DNA of 56,255 nt from an uncultured Clostridia bacterium (GTDB lineage: Bacteria > Bacillota > Clostridia > Oscillospirales > Ruminococcaceae). The translations under genes and the position numbers were made by a program. The stretch lies in the NCBI GenBank assembly GCA_945921515.1, contig CAMEKR010000001.1, positions 1 through 56,255 of the forward strand, in the 5' to 3' direction. The notes below the pieces were generated by a model. It saw nothing but the letters and a program-made list of their open reading frames with translations, did not search any database and was not told where the DNA came from. Shown in pieces: positions 17,688-27,095 of this stretch (the first letter of the stretch is position 1; every line of letters starts with the position of its first letter).

Positions 17688-18565
17688 GAGTTCCACTCCC
17701 TTTCGTCCTTGTGAACATAGTAAAGCATAATGTCGTCAAGGCTTGCAGGGTCTATGATTGCGCCGCTGTATCTGTAAGACGCAGACTGCCTGTCTGAGAG
17801 CATAGCCTCTGCGCCGTAGTTATTCATACGAATGCTTACAATATCTTTCGGATCGATGTTAGAAAGTTCCGACTTGTCGCATTTAAGAATACCGTGGGAT
17901 TCAAGAATATCATCTTTATATCCCGAAATCAGCAGTTTGCCTTTATCGATGAAGGTAACGCTGTCTGCAATCTTTTCAAGGTCGGAGGTAATGTGCGAGG
18001 ACATAAGAATAGAGCGTTCGCCGTCCTGGAGGTACTCCATAAAGATATGCAGTATTTCATCACGCACAACAGGGTCAAGACCTGTGGTAGCCTCGTCCAT
18101 TACAAGAAGCTCGGCGTTGTGGGAAAGGGCACAGGCTATCTGAAGCTTCATCTTCATACCCTTAGAAAACTCGCCTATCTTCTTATTTCTGGGCAGTCCG
18201 AAACGGTCTAAATACTGCGTATAAACAGCGTTATCCCACTGCGGATAAATTCCCTCAAATATACGAGCCATATCCTTTGGCGTGAAGATATCGTGGAAGG
18301 GCAATTCATCAAAAACAACGGAAATGCGTTCCTTGATTTCCTGTTCGTTTTTAAGATAATCAAGCCCAAGCAGCTTTATTTCTCCCTTGTCTATGCCTAT
18401 GATATTCAGCAGACTGCGGATAGTTGTGGTTTTGCCTGCACCGTTCTGACCGATAAATCCCATAATCGAGCCTTTAGGCACATTGAAGCTGATGTTATCC
18501 AGCGTAAAACCGCTGTATTTTTTCGTAAGGTCTGAAATTTCAATTGCATTTTCATATATAGCCAT
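17684..18565 (-). CDS. ABC transporter ATP-binding protein (YtrB-like)
   Basis: GQNGAGKT, FSKGMKMK, DEATTGLD, SSH; ATG 18565 is best spaced from AAGGAG. Confidence 0.92.
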   Translation of the reverse strand: MAIYENAIEISDLTKKYSGFTLDNISFNVPKGSIMGFIGQNGAGKTTTIRSLLNIIGIDKGEIKLLGLDYLKNEQEIKERISVVFDELPFHDIFTPKDMARIFEGIYPQWDNAVYTQYLDRFGLPRNKKIGEFSKGMKMKLQIACALSHNAELLVMDEATTGLDPVVRDEILHIFMEYLQDGERSILMSSHITSDLEKIADSVTFIDKGKLLISGYKDDILESHGILKCDKSELSNIDPKDIVSIRMNNYGAEAMLSDRQSASYRYSGAIIDPASLDDIMLYYVHKDEREWNS

Positions 18566-18567
18566 GT

Positions 18568-18942
18568 TCATTCTCCTTCGTTTACAAGGTCGAGCAATTC
18601 GTGAAGCTCCTGCAGAGAAATCCCTGCCTTTTGTGCTTTGTCGCTTGCCTCCATAAGCAAGGCTTCGATCTGCTTGATCTGCTCTTCACGCAGCAGCTCT
18701 AAATTCTGCGCCTTTACAAACGAGCCTTTGCCGGTAAACGATTCGATAAAGCCGTCACGCTCAAGCTCCTCGTAAGCACGCTTGGTAGTCATAAAGCTGA
18801 TATGGAGCTCTACGGCAAGATTTCGCATGGACGGGAGCGTTTCTCCCTCTTTCAGCTTGCCTTCGAGTATCAGCGTCTTGATTTGGTTCACAATCTGCAG
18901 ATAGATTGCCTCACCGTTTGCATTGCTGATGTTGATATTCAT
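18568..18942 (-). CDS. GntR family regulator, YtrA subfamily
   Basis: IYLQIVNQIK...LPSMRNLA...TTKRAYEELE...GKGSFV; short C-terminus; precedes ABC genes. Confidence 0.92.
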   Translation of the reverse strand: MNINISNANGEAIYLQIVNQIKTLILEGKLKEGETLPSMRNLAVELHISFMTTKRAYEELERDGFIESFTGKGSFVKAQNLELLREEQIKQIEALLMEASDKAQKAGISLQELHELLDLVNEGE

Positions 18943-19032
18943 TTAGTGTACACTCCTTGGGATTTAGCTACTGCCGCTTATTATGCGGTATAGCATAATA
19001 CTTGCAAGCCTTCCGGACAGCTTGCAAGTATA

Positions 19033-19085
19033 AATTGTATAATCTCTATGTATACAATTATATCATTCGAGTTACAGCTTGTCAA
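19033..19085 (-). promoter_or_regulatory. sigmaA promoter with overlapping YtrA-type operator
   Basis: Minus strand TTGACA (19085-19080)-17-TATAAT (19062-19057); palindrome aattgtata-N9-tatacaatt at 19033-19059. Confidence 0.85.
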
Positions 19086-19187
19086 TAGTCTTTTGTAAAT
19101 TAGTTGAAAAATGAACTGCCGTGTATTATGTACGACGGCTCGGCATTATGGATATGCGTTTTTTGTTATATGAATGGCATACTCGTC

Positions 19188-19216
19188 TTGAATCCGCCGC
19201 TGTTTTATGATATAAT
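19188..19216 (+). promoter_or_regulatory. sigmaA promoter of galT
   Basis: TTGAAT-17-TATAAT with extended TG. Confidence 0.7.
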
Positions 19217-19264
19217 ATTTACGAAATTTTTCCTTTAAGGAAAACGGAGTACGGAGAAGAAAAA

Positions 19265-20758
19265 ATGATAGAAACAGCAGTACAGGCGCTTATAGACTAT
19301 GCGCTCGAAAAGAAGCTTATATCCGAAGACGACGAGATATGCGTAAGAAATTCACTTATCGATGTATTAAAGCTCGATAACTGGAACTCCCCCGAGAAGA
19401 AGTCATACGGCACGGTTGACGATATACTTGATGATATTGTTGACTACGCCGTGCAAAAGGAGCTTATACCTGCGTCAAATGCGTGGCGTGACCTTTTTGA
19501 CACAAGGATAATGGGCATATTTACGACTATGCCTCACGAAGTTATATCAAAATTCCGTGAGAAATACAGCGATAGTCCTAAAGCGGCTACCGACTGGTAT
19601 TATGCTTACAGCGAGGACACAAACTATGTCCGCAAGGGCAGAATAGCAAAGGATATCAGATGGAAGTACGACAGCGAATACGGACAGCTTGATATTACAA
19701 TAAACCGTTCAAAGCCCGAGAAAGATCCGAGAGATATTGCCGCCGCAAGAAATGCGGTTAAGGTATCTTATCCTGCCTGCCAGCTTTGTATGGAAAATAC
19801 GGGATTTGCCGGAACTCTGACTCACCCCGCAAGGCAGAATCTGCGCCCTGTGCCTATTACGGTTCACGGCAGTAAATGGGGATTCCAGTATTCTCCGTAC
19901 GGATATTACAACGAGCATTGTATTGTGTTCAACAGCGTACATATCCCTATGAAAATAGACGCCGATGTATTCGGAAAGCTGTTTGATATAATAGAAACGC
20001 TCCCTCACTATTTTGTAGGCTCAAATGCAGACCTGCCCATTGTCGGAGGCTCTATTCTGTCACACGAGCATTTTCAGGGCGGACGCTATACCTTTGCAAT
20101 GGAAAATGCGCCGATAGAATACAGCTTCGTACCTGCAGGCTTTGATGGCGTGAAGGCAGGAATTGTAAAGTGGCCGATGTCGGTAATAAGACTCAGCGGA
20201 AAAGACAGAAGCGAGCTTGAAAAGGCTTGTGACAAAATACTGTCTTTGTGGAGAAGCTACAGCGATGAGAGCGTAGGCATATATGCCTTTACCGATGGCG
20301 TGCCGCATAATACGATAACACCTATAGCAAGACGGCACGGCGATGAATTTGAATGTGACCTTGTGCTTAGAAATAATCTTACCGATGAAGCAAGACCGCT
20401 CGGTATATTCCACCCTAACCCCTCTCTACATCACATAAAGAAAGAAAACATCGGCCTTATCGAAGTAATGGGACTTGCGGTACTTCCTGCAAGACTTGCG
20501 GACGAGATGAGCGAGCTTTGCGATGCACTTGTTAATAAAACCGACCTTTCGGCTGATGAGAAACTCAGCTGTCACGCCGAGTGGATGAACGGACTTTATT
20601 CAAAATATGAGGATGTAAAACCGCCACAGGCAGAAGAAATAATCAAGCGTGAAATAGGTGCGGTTTTTGAGCAGGTACTGCTTGACGCAGGCGTATATAA
20701 GCGTGACGAAAAGGGCAAAGAGGCTTTTATGCGTTTTGTTTCTGTTCTGGAAAAATAA
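19265..20758 (+). CDS. galT: Galactose-1-phosphate uridylyltransferase (Gram-positive class II)
   Basis: SKPEKDPRDIAAA, CQLCMEN, QYSPYGYYNEH, GSNADLPIVGGSILSHEHFQGG, HIKKENIGLIEVMG. Confidence 0.95.
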   Translation: MIETAVQALIDYALEKKLISEDDEICVRNSLIDVLKLDNWNSPEKKSYGTVDDILDDIVDYAVQKELIPASNAWRDLFDTRIMGIFTTMPHEVISKFREKYSDSPKAATDWYYAYSEDTNYVRKGRIAKDIRWKYDSEYGQLDITINRSKPEKDPRDIAAARNAVKVSYPACQLCMENTGFAGTLTHPARQNLRPVPITVHGSKWGFQYSPYGYYNEHCIVFNSVHIPMKIDADVFGKLFDIIETLPHYFVGSNADLPIVGGSILSHEHFQGGRYTFAMENAPIEYSFVPAGFDGVKAGIVKWPMSVIRLSGKDRSELEKACDKILSLWRSYSDESVGIYAFTDGVPHNTITPIARRHGDEFECDLVLRNNLTDEARPLGIFHPNPSLHHIKKENIGLIEVMGLAVLPARLADEMSELCDALVNKTDLSADEKLSCHAEWMNGLYSKYEDVKPPQAEEIIKREIGAVFEQVLLDAGVYKRDEKGKEAFMRFVSVLEK

Positions 20759-20860
20759 ATCATATCTTTTTTAGTGTAATTTATTACATTTTTATAATGC
20801 AACTTGTACAAATCGAGCCCTGTGTTTACATACAATGTTGATATATTTTTTATTTGGCTG

Positions 20861-20955
20861 TTGCTTTTTTTCTCCTTGTGTGCTATAATCGTCACAATAG
20901 GTGTGCGTATATGTAAAAATATGTTCTCTTTTGACAAAATCCCCAGATTTTGTCA
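20861..20955 (+). promoter_or_regulatory. Promoter plus perfect inverted repeat upstream of GGDEF-EAL gene
   Basis: TTGCTT-17-TATAAT (20861-20889, extended TG); tgacaaaatc-ccca-gattttgtca (20932-20955). Confidence 0.6.
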
Positions 20956-21019
20956 TATCATACGGCGCTTTTATTACGGTATAAACCGATGAAAATACAG
21001 ACGAAAGGAGAGGATCGAA

Positions 21020-23320
21020 ATGCCGAAGATAAAGTATAAACCTGAAGTGTTGCATTTGGTTGTTGTTGTGGCTATTGCGCTGTTTATAACTTTGGCAACG
21101 ATCCTCATATATAATACGACTTCTTCAATAAACAAAGGAGTCAATCAATATTCGGACAGGCTTGCATCTCAGAAGAGCGATTTGATCAAAAACACGATTT
21201 CATATGAAGTAAAAACGCTGATAAACTTCAGTGCTTGTCTTTCAAATTATAAAACGATCCCAGAAAATGTTATCGTTAAGGATATCACTGCACTTGAAAA
21301 CAGCATGACTACCGCAGAGGCTGTTTTTATTGCCGACGCTGACGGTGATGTTATCGCAAGCAAGAATGTAACTATGAATGTTTCTCACCGTGAGTATTTC
21401 CGTAATAGCATCAAAGGAAAAATATGCGTTTCTAAGCCGATGTACAGCGAGCCTGACGGAAAGATGGTAAACTTCATAACTGTCCCGATTTATGGAGATT
21501 ATAAGCGCATTATCGGTATTGTAGTAGGAGTATATAACGAGCATATTTTCAGCGATATGCTTGATATGTCATTTTCGGGTATAGAAAATGACAGCAATGG
21601 ATATATTCTGAATAATAACGGTGAGGTTATTATGCACGGCAATTATGTGCTCGGTGATGATGTACCTCAGTTTGATTCTTTCTTCTCATCTGAACTGCTC
21701 AGCGATGTTTCCGAAACGGACATTGCGACAGTAAGAGATAACTTTATGAAAGTCGGCTCAAGCGGAATTATCAAAACTACATATAATAATGAACGGTATG
21801 TGATATTATATGACGGCTTTTCCGAGATAGACAATCTGCATTATTTGGTAATTGCTAAGGAAGATGTTGTTTCGGCACAGACAAACAGCTTTATTACTAA
21901 GAATATATCGATGTACATATTCTTTATCGTTATACTGTTGCTTGTTATCATCGCCTACATACTTATCGTCAGATTCACATTCAAGCGGTTAAAGAACGCA
22001 AACGAGCATATAAGCCGTATAGCGTATGTTGACAGCCTTACAGGCTACAGTACCTGGGATAAATTTGTCCTTGATGCTAAAAAGCTGCTTCAGCACGAAT
22101 ACCGCAGGTACGCTCTTGTTAGCTTTGATATCGATAAATTCAAGGCAATAAATGATATGTACGGACATGATGAAGGTAACAGAGTGCTTAAGCTCATAGC
22201 TGATACCGTAAACCGTAATATCGAAAACACTGAAACTTTCTCAAGAATCAATTCCGATAACTATTATATTCTTATGCTTTATCATGACGACAGTCAGATA
22301 TCCGAAAGAATAAGAAATCTTATACAGGCTATCGAATATGAGATAACCGAGTTCGTTCCCGTACTTTCATTCGGTGTTTACCGCATACTTGATTCTAATG
22401 AGTCAATAAGGCGTATGGGCGATCTTGCGGATATAGCCAAGCGCACGGTAAAATACGGTGATGACAGCGCATACGCTTTCTATACCGAGAGTATGCTTGA
22501 ATCTATGCGTGAGGAAAAACGGATTGAGAACGAAATGCAGAACGCTCTCGATATGCACGAGTTCTGCGTATTCTATCAGCCTAAGGTGTCGCTTGACGGT
22601 AATGTAAACCTTACAGGTGCAGAGGCGCTTGTAAGATGGATAAAAGACGGAAATGTCATTTCACCCGGCAAGTTTATTCCTTTGTTTGAAAGAAACAGAT
22701 TCATAGTGAAGCTTGACTTCTACATAATGGATCAGGTTTGCATCAAGATAAAGCAATGGCAGAAGTATTATAAAGATCTGCTGATATCGGTCAATATGTC
22801 GAGAGTGCATCTGAAAGACCCGCAGTTTGCAGAAAAGCTTTACAGCATATGCGCTTCTCACAATGTTTCTCCGTCTAATATAGAGATAGAGATAACCGAA
22901 AGTGCCGCTTATGAATCGCTCGAAACTCTTGTTAATGTGTTCAGGGAGCTTAAGGAATACGGCTTTAATATTTCGATTGACGACTTCGGCTCGGGATATT
23001 CTTCACTCAATATGCTTAAAGACCTTCCGGCAGATGTGCTTAAGATCGATAGAGCCTTCCTTGCCGAAACCGACAGCAACAAGCGTGCAAACGATATCCT
23101 CGGTCACGTTATCAGGATGGCTTCATCGCTTGGTATGCATACGATATGCGAGGGTATCGAAACCGATGAGCAGGCTAAACTGCTCGGCGGTCTCGGATGT
23201 GAAATGGCGCAGGGCTTCTATTTTGCAAAGCCTATGCCGAGCGACTCTTTTGAGGAGATACTCAAAGGAAACAGCAAGACTATAAATATTCCCAAAGAGG
23301 CATTACGGGAGGATACATGA
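21020..23320 (+). CDS. Membrane Cache-GGDEF(degenerate)-EAL protein, probable c-di-GMP phosphodiesterase
   Basis: Two TM helices flanking a Cache-like region (SHREYF); DIDKFKAINDMYGH but RINSDNY in place of GGDEF; intact EALVRW, EITES, DDFGSGYSS, EGIE. Confidence 0.9.
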   Translation: MPKIKYKPEVLHLVVVVAIALFITLATILIYNTTSSINKGVNQYSDRLASQKSDLIKNTISYEVKTLINFSACLSNYKTIPENVIVKDITALENSMTTAEAVFIADADGDVIASKNVTMNVSHREYFRNSIKGKICVSKPMYSEPDGKMVNFITVPIYGDYKRIIGIVVGVYNEHIFSDMLDMSFSGIENDSNGYILNNNGEVIMHGNYVLGDDVPQFDSFFSSELLSDVSETDIATVRDNFMKVGSSGIIKTTYNNERYVILYDGFSEIDNLHYLVIAKEDVVSAQTNSFITKNISMYIFFIVILLLVIIAYILIVRFTFKRLKNANEHISRIAYVDSLTGYSTWDKFVLDAKKLLQHEYRRYALVSFDIDKFKAINDMYGHDEGNRVLKLIADTVNRNIENTETFSRINSDNYYILMLYHDDSQISERIRNLIQAIEYEITEFVPVLSFGVYRILDSNESIRRMGDLADIAKRTVKYGDDSAYAFYTESMLESMREEKRIENEMQNALDMHEFCVFYQPKVSLDGNVNLTGAEALVRWIKDGNVISPGKFIPLFERNRFIVKLDFYIMDQVCIKIKQWQKYYKDLLISVNMSRVHLKDPQFAEKLYSICASHNVSPSNIEIEITESAAYESLETLVNVFRELKEYGFNISIDDFGSGYSSLNMLKDLPADVLKIDRAFLAETDSNKRANDILGHVIRMASSLGMHTICEGIETDEQAKLLGGLGCEMAQGFYFAKPMPSDSFEEILKGNSKTINIPKEALREDT

Positions 23321-23934
23321 GTATTTCCAACGAATCTCTGCCGATAATAACCGGCATTGTTTCAAACACGGCGAGATCTATGACGGTAGTTATGAAATAC
23401 ATATACACCGTTTCCGATGAAGATTTTTACAATATCAATATCAAGGATGTATTCCGTATAGCGCTTATGGATGTAACTGACACATCTAAGCTTGAAAATC
23501 TCGGCATCAAGACGGCTACTCCGGATAATTCGGCGTTGTTTGATACCGCTGAGTTTGGCAGGGTAGAGCATCTTATCATGTACAGTCTTGCTGTGCGGCT
23601 TCCGTATATTGCAAAGCAGATAGAGAACTGTCCGCTTACAAACAAACAGCTGAAGCTCACTTTTGAACAGCTTAAAAACAGCGGCGCAGATAATTTCGGC
23701 GATATTATCTATGAAAGTTTTAAAGACAATATGAAGCGCTCAAAGAGCAAAGCTCCTGTCCCTGCGTATTCGTCAGATTGGTTCAGAAGATATGTCTATA
23801 CCTATATGCCAAAGTTCGGCGAAATCAATAACCGCAATCTGTATTTTTTAGGGTGCGTTGAGGCAATGTTTCCGCTGTATTATTCGGCACTTGTAGCACA
23901 GCTGAAAAAAGTATTATTTTTACTTGAAAAGTAA
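23317..23934 (+). CDS. Hypothetical protein, translationally coupled to EAL gene
   Basis: 205-aa ORF with ATGA overlap and GGAGG RBS. Confidence 0.75.
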   Translation: MSISNESLPIITGIVSNTARSMTVVMKYIYTVSDEDFYNINIKDVFRIALMDVTDTSKLENLGIKTATPDNSALFDTAEFGRVEHLIMYSLAVRLPYIAKQIENCPLTNKQLKLTFEQLKNSGADNFGDIIYESFKDNMKRSKSKAPVPAYSSDWFRRYVYTYMPKFGEINNRNLYFLGCVEAMFPLYYSALVAQLKKVLFLLEK

Positions 23935-23937
23935 AGC

Positions 23938-23972
23938 AAAGCCTGAGAAGAACAAAACTTCTCAGGCTTTTT
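23938..23972. terminator. Bidirectional terminator
   Basis: aaagcctgagaag-aacaaaa-cttctcaggcttttt between convergent genes. Confidence 0.85.
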
Positions 23973-23986
23973 ATGTTGTATTCTGT

Positions 23987-24799
23987 TTACTGATTCCTTT
24001 TCCTTACTATCAGCCCTATCAGCGAGAATATGATAAGCATACCGAGGTTTGCGACAACTACGCTTGCGCCAGCAGGAAAATCTGCGTGATATGTGATTTC
24101 CATTCCGATAATAAAGCTTACGCAGGCAACGAGCGCAGAGCAGATGGTAACGCCTCTGAAGCTTTTGAACACTCTCATAGAGGTCAGAGCAGGGAATATG
24201 ATAAGGCTTGAAATCAGCAATGCGCCCATTATTCTCATTCCCACAACTACCGTAAGTGCTGTGAGCAACGCGATTATGGTGTTATATACGCCTGATTTAA
24301 CGCCTGTTGCTTTTGAAAAGCTCTCGTCAAAAGTTACCGCAAAAATCTTGTTGTAGAACAGCACGAACATCACAATTACAATTACCGAGCATACTATGCT
24401 CAGCACAAGGTCTTCATTGCTGATAGCAAGTATACTGCCGAACATATAGCTGTTCATATCGGTCGTACCCGATGACTGCGAGACTACTATTGCACCGATA
24501 GCAAGCGCACTGCTTGATAAAAGCGCTATTGCGGCGTCGCCTTTTATCTTGCCGTTTGAGCTTATTCTAAGCAATATGAAGGCGGCGACTATTACTATGG
24601 GGATAGACACCTGCAAAGGCGCTAAATTAAGAGCAGACGCTATAGCGAGAGCGCCGAAACCGACATGAGAAAGACCGTCGCCTATCATAGAAAAACGCTT
24701 TAGCACAAGGCTTACACCGAGCAGTGCGGCGCAAAGCGATACCAAAAGTCCTACTACGAGCGCTCTTATAAGAAAATCGCTCTGAAAAATCTCAAACAT
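23987..24799 (-). CDS. znuB: Zn/Mn ABC transporter permease
   Basis: GDGLSHVGFG, YMFGSIL, GALLISSLIIFP. Confidence 0.88.
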   Translation of the reverse strand: MFEIFQSDFLIRALVVGLLVSLCAALLGVSLVLKRFSMIGDGLSHVGFGALAIASALNLAPLQVSIPIVIVAAFILLRISSNGKIKGDAAIALLSSSALAIGAIVVSQSSGTTDMNSYMFGSILAISNEDLVLSIVCSVIVIVMFVLFYNKIFAVTFDESFSKATGVKSGVYNTIIALLTALTVVVGMRIMGALLISSLIIFPALTSMRVFKSFRGVTICSALVACVSFIIGMEITYHADFPAGASVVVANLGMLIIFSLIGLIVRKRNQ

Positions 24800-25550
24800 T
24801 GTCCTGCGCCTCCTTAGAACCCGTATGGTGATCGCAGTTACAGCGGCAGTCGCAGGTGCTCATTGCGTGGAATATATCGGTACTGCGGTACTCTGTGGTT
24901 GTTCCGAAGAAATACGCTCCGCTTTCCATATGAAGTATCTTTGTGCCGTATCTGAGCGCCCCCTGCAAATCGTGGGATATCATTATTATTGTAACTCCGT
25001 TCTCACGGTTGAGTCTGCTGATTATCTCATACATTTCTGCCGTAACCATAGGATCAAGTCCCGAAACGGGTTCGTCAAGCAGTAACAGCTTCTTTGTGGC
25101 GCAAAGGGCACGGGCAAGCAGTACCCTTTGCTGTTGACCGCCCGAAAGGTTGCGGTAGCTTCTGTGAGCTATGCTCGATATGCCGAGAAGCTCAATATTG
25201 TCATCGCACAGCTTCTTGTCGGCTTTTGAGTAAAACGGCGAAAGCCCTTTTCTACCAAGACACCCTGACAGCACGACCTCACGGACTGTAGCGGGAAAGT
25301 CCTTCTGCGCCGCTGTCTGCTGAGGAAGATAGCCTATCTCTTTTTGCTTTAAGCCGTCGGCAAATATTATTTCTCCCGAAAGCGCAGAGCGAAGCCCAAG
25401 CAGAGTTTTCATCAGCGTAGATTTTCCGCTTCCGTTTTCTCCGACTATACACAGATAATCTCCTGCGGATACGGTAAAGCTGAGGTCTTTTACAACGGGA
25501 GTGCCTTCGTATCCTGCTGTGAGTTCTTTACATTCTATAAGATATGACAT
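24792..25550 (-). CDS. znuC: Zn/Mn ABC transporter ATP-binding protein
   Basis: GENGSGKST, LSGGQQQR, DEPVSGLD; likely ATG start at 25550. Confidence 0.88.
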   Translation of the reverse strand: MSYLIECKELTAGYEGTPVVKDLSFTVSAGDYLCIVGENGSGKSTLMKTLLGLRSALSGEIIFADGLKQKEIGYLPQQTAAQKDFPATVREVVLSGCLGRKGLSPFYSKADKKLCDDNIELLGISSIAHRSYRNLSGGQQQRVLLARALCATKKLLLLDEPVSGLDPMVTAEMYEIISRLNRENGVTIIMISHDLQGALRYGTKILHMESGAYFFGTTTEYRSTDIFHAMSTCDCRCNCDHHTGSKEAQDNV

Positions 25551-25563
25551 AAAATCATCTCCG

Positions 25564-26514
25564 TCAGCCGTCAAGGGCTGTTTTTAAGTTTTCAAGATTC
25601 TGCTTCATAAGGTCAACATAGCTGATACCTTTTTCGAGATCTTCTTTTGATACATTGTGGCAGGAATGAAGCATAAGCGAACTTGCGCCGGTTTCTGAGC
25701 AAAGCGTATCGGCAACCTTTGTACTGCTGAATTCGAGATAGTATACAACCGGTATCTTGAGCTCTTTTATCTTTGATATAAGCGAAGTCATAGCCGCCGC
25801 ACTCGGCTCCGATTCATCCGAGCAGGAGCTGAAAGCCGCATAGAAGTCAAGACCGTATTCTTCCGCAAGATATCTGAACGGGAATTTATCCGCCATTATT
25901 ATTGTATTGTTTTTAGCGTTGCCGACAGCTTCTTTATACGCTTTATCAAGCTCGGAGAGCTGCCCGTTATAGCTGTCCTTGTTCTTTGTGTAAACCGCCT
26001 TGTTTTCGGGATCTGCCTCGCATATTGCGTCATACACCGCAGTAAGCATAAGCTGTTCGTTCTTTGGAGATGTCCAGATATGCTCGTCTGTTTCGTGGCT
26101 GTGTTCTTCTTCGTGTTCTTCTTCGTGAAGTTCAGCTTCTTCAAGCGTTTTCACGCAGTCGATAAGCTTTACCGTTTTTACGCTGTCGGATTTGTTCGAG
26201 GATATGATTTTCTCTGCCCATTGCTCGTTTTCGCCGCCGATATAAAGAAATATATCGCAGTTTTGTATCTCAATTATTTCTTTTGCCGTAGGCTCGTATG
26301 TATGACTCTCGCTTCCGGGTGGGAGCAGTATGGATATATCCGCATTATCTCCTGCGATCTGCCTTGCAAGGTCATAAGGAGGGAAAACGGTGGATATTAT
26401 CTTCAGCTTTTGGCTGTCTTTGTTATCGGCTTCATTCTGCGATGCGCAGGAGCATAAACATAATGCGGTTGCCGCCGCAGTAAGTAATGCCGTAATTCTT
26501 GTAATACTTTTCAT
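25564..26514 (-). CDS. znuA: Zn ABC transporter substrate-binding lipoprotein (ZnuA/AdcA-like)
   Basis: Lipobox LCSC, HTYEPT, His/Glu-rich loop HEEEHEEEHSHETDEHIW. Confidence 0.88.
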   Translation of the reverse strand: MKSITRITALLTAAATALCLCSCASQNEADNKDSQKLKIISTVFPPYDLARQIAGDNADISILLPPGSESHTYEPTAKEIIEIQNCDIFLYIGGENEQWAEKIISSNKSDSVKTVKLIDCVKTLEEAELHEEEHEEEHSHETDEHIWTSPKNEQLMLTAVYDAICEADPENKAVYTKNKDSYNGQLSELDKAYKEAVGNAKNNTIIMADKFPFRYLAEEYGLDFYAAFSSCSDESEPSAAAMTSLISKIKELKIPVVYYLEFSSTKVADTLCSETGASSLMLHSCHNVSKEDLEKGISYVDLMKQNLENLKTALDG

Positions 26515-26526
26515 TGTGTCTCACTT

Positions 26527-26937
26527 TCACTTGTCTGTTACTGTTTCTTTGTCCGCACAATCACTGCATACGCCGTAAAAAACGGTCCTTGAACTGTCGA
26601 TGATAAATCCGTGGTCGGACTTTATATGAGATTCGATATCTTTAAGATGACCGCATTCAAGGTGTATCAGTTTTCCGCACTTCAAACATTTCAGATGAAA
26701 ATGGTCGTGGCAGTCCGCTCCGCCTGCATACTGATAGCAAGCGCTCTTTCCTTCGCTTAGGATATATTTTCTTACGATATGCTGTTCGCACAGCTTTTCG
26801 AGATATCTGTATACCGTTGTCTTGCCGACTTGCTCGGATTTCAGCGCAAGGGCAATAGCGTCCGCCGTAAGATGATTTTCGGCGTTGGATTTAATATATT
26901 CAAGTATCAGCTCACGCTGACGGGTATTGTATGACAT
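26527..26937 (-). CDS. zur: Fur family regulator, probably Zur
   Basis: TRQRELIL, TTVYRYL, HFHLKCLKCG, C-terminal CSDC; heads a Zn ABC operon. Confidence 0.75.
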   Translation of the reverse strand: MSYNTRQRELILEYIKSNAENHLTADAIALALKSEQVGKTTVYRYLEKLCEQHIVRKYILSEGKSACYQYAGGADCHDHFHLKCLKCGKLIHLECGHLKDIESHIKSDHGFIIDSSRTVFYGVCSDCADKETVTDK

Positions 26938-26955
26938 AAGCACCTCTCAACAATA

Positions 26956-27016
26956 TGAAACTGAAATTCATTTTCAAATCCTTAGCTATTATACTATCGT
27001 GTCCGCAATTTGTCAA
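26956..27016 (-). promoter_or_regulatory. sigmaA promoter and Fur/Zur-type box
   Basis: Minus strand TTGACA (27016-27011)-17-TATAAT (26993-26988); tgaaactgaa-a-ttcattttca palindrome at 26956-26976. Confidence 0.82.
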
Positions 27017-27095
27017 GCGTTTTAAGAAAAACATTGAAATATCTTTCAAAATATGTTAAAATCAATGTATAACCGTAATCTTCGGAGGTGCCTTT

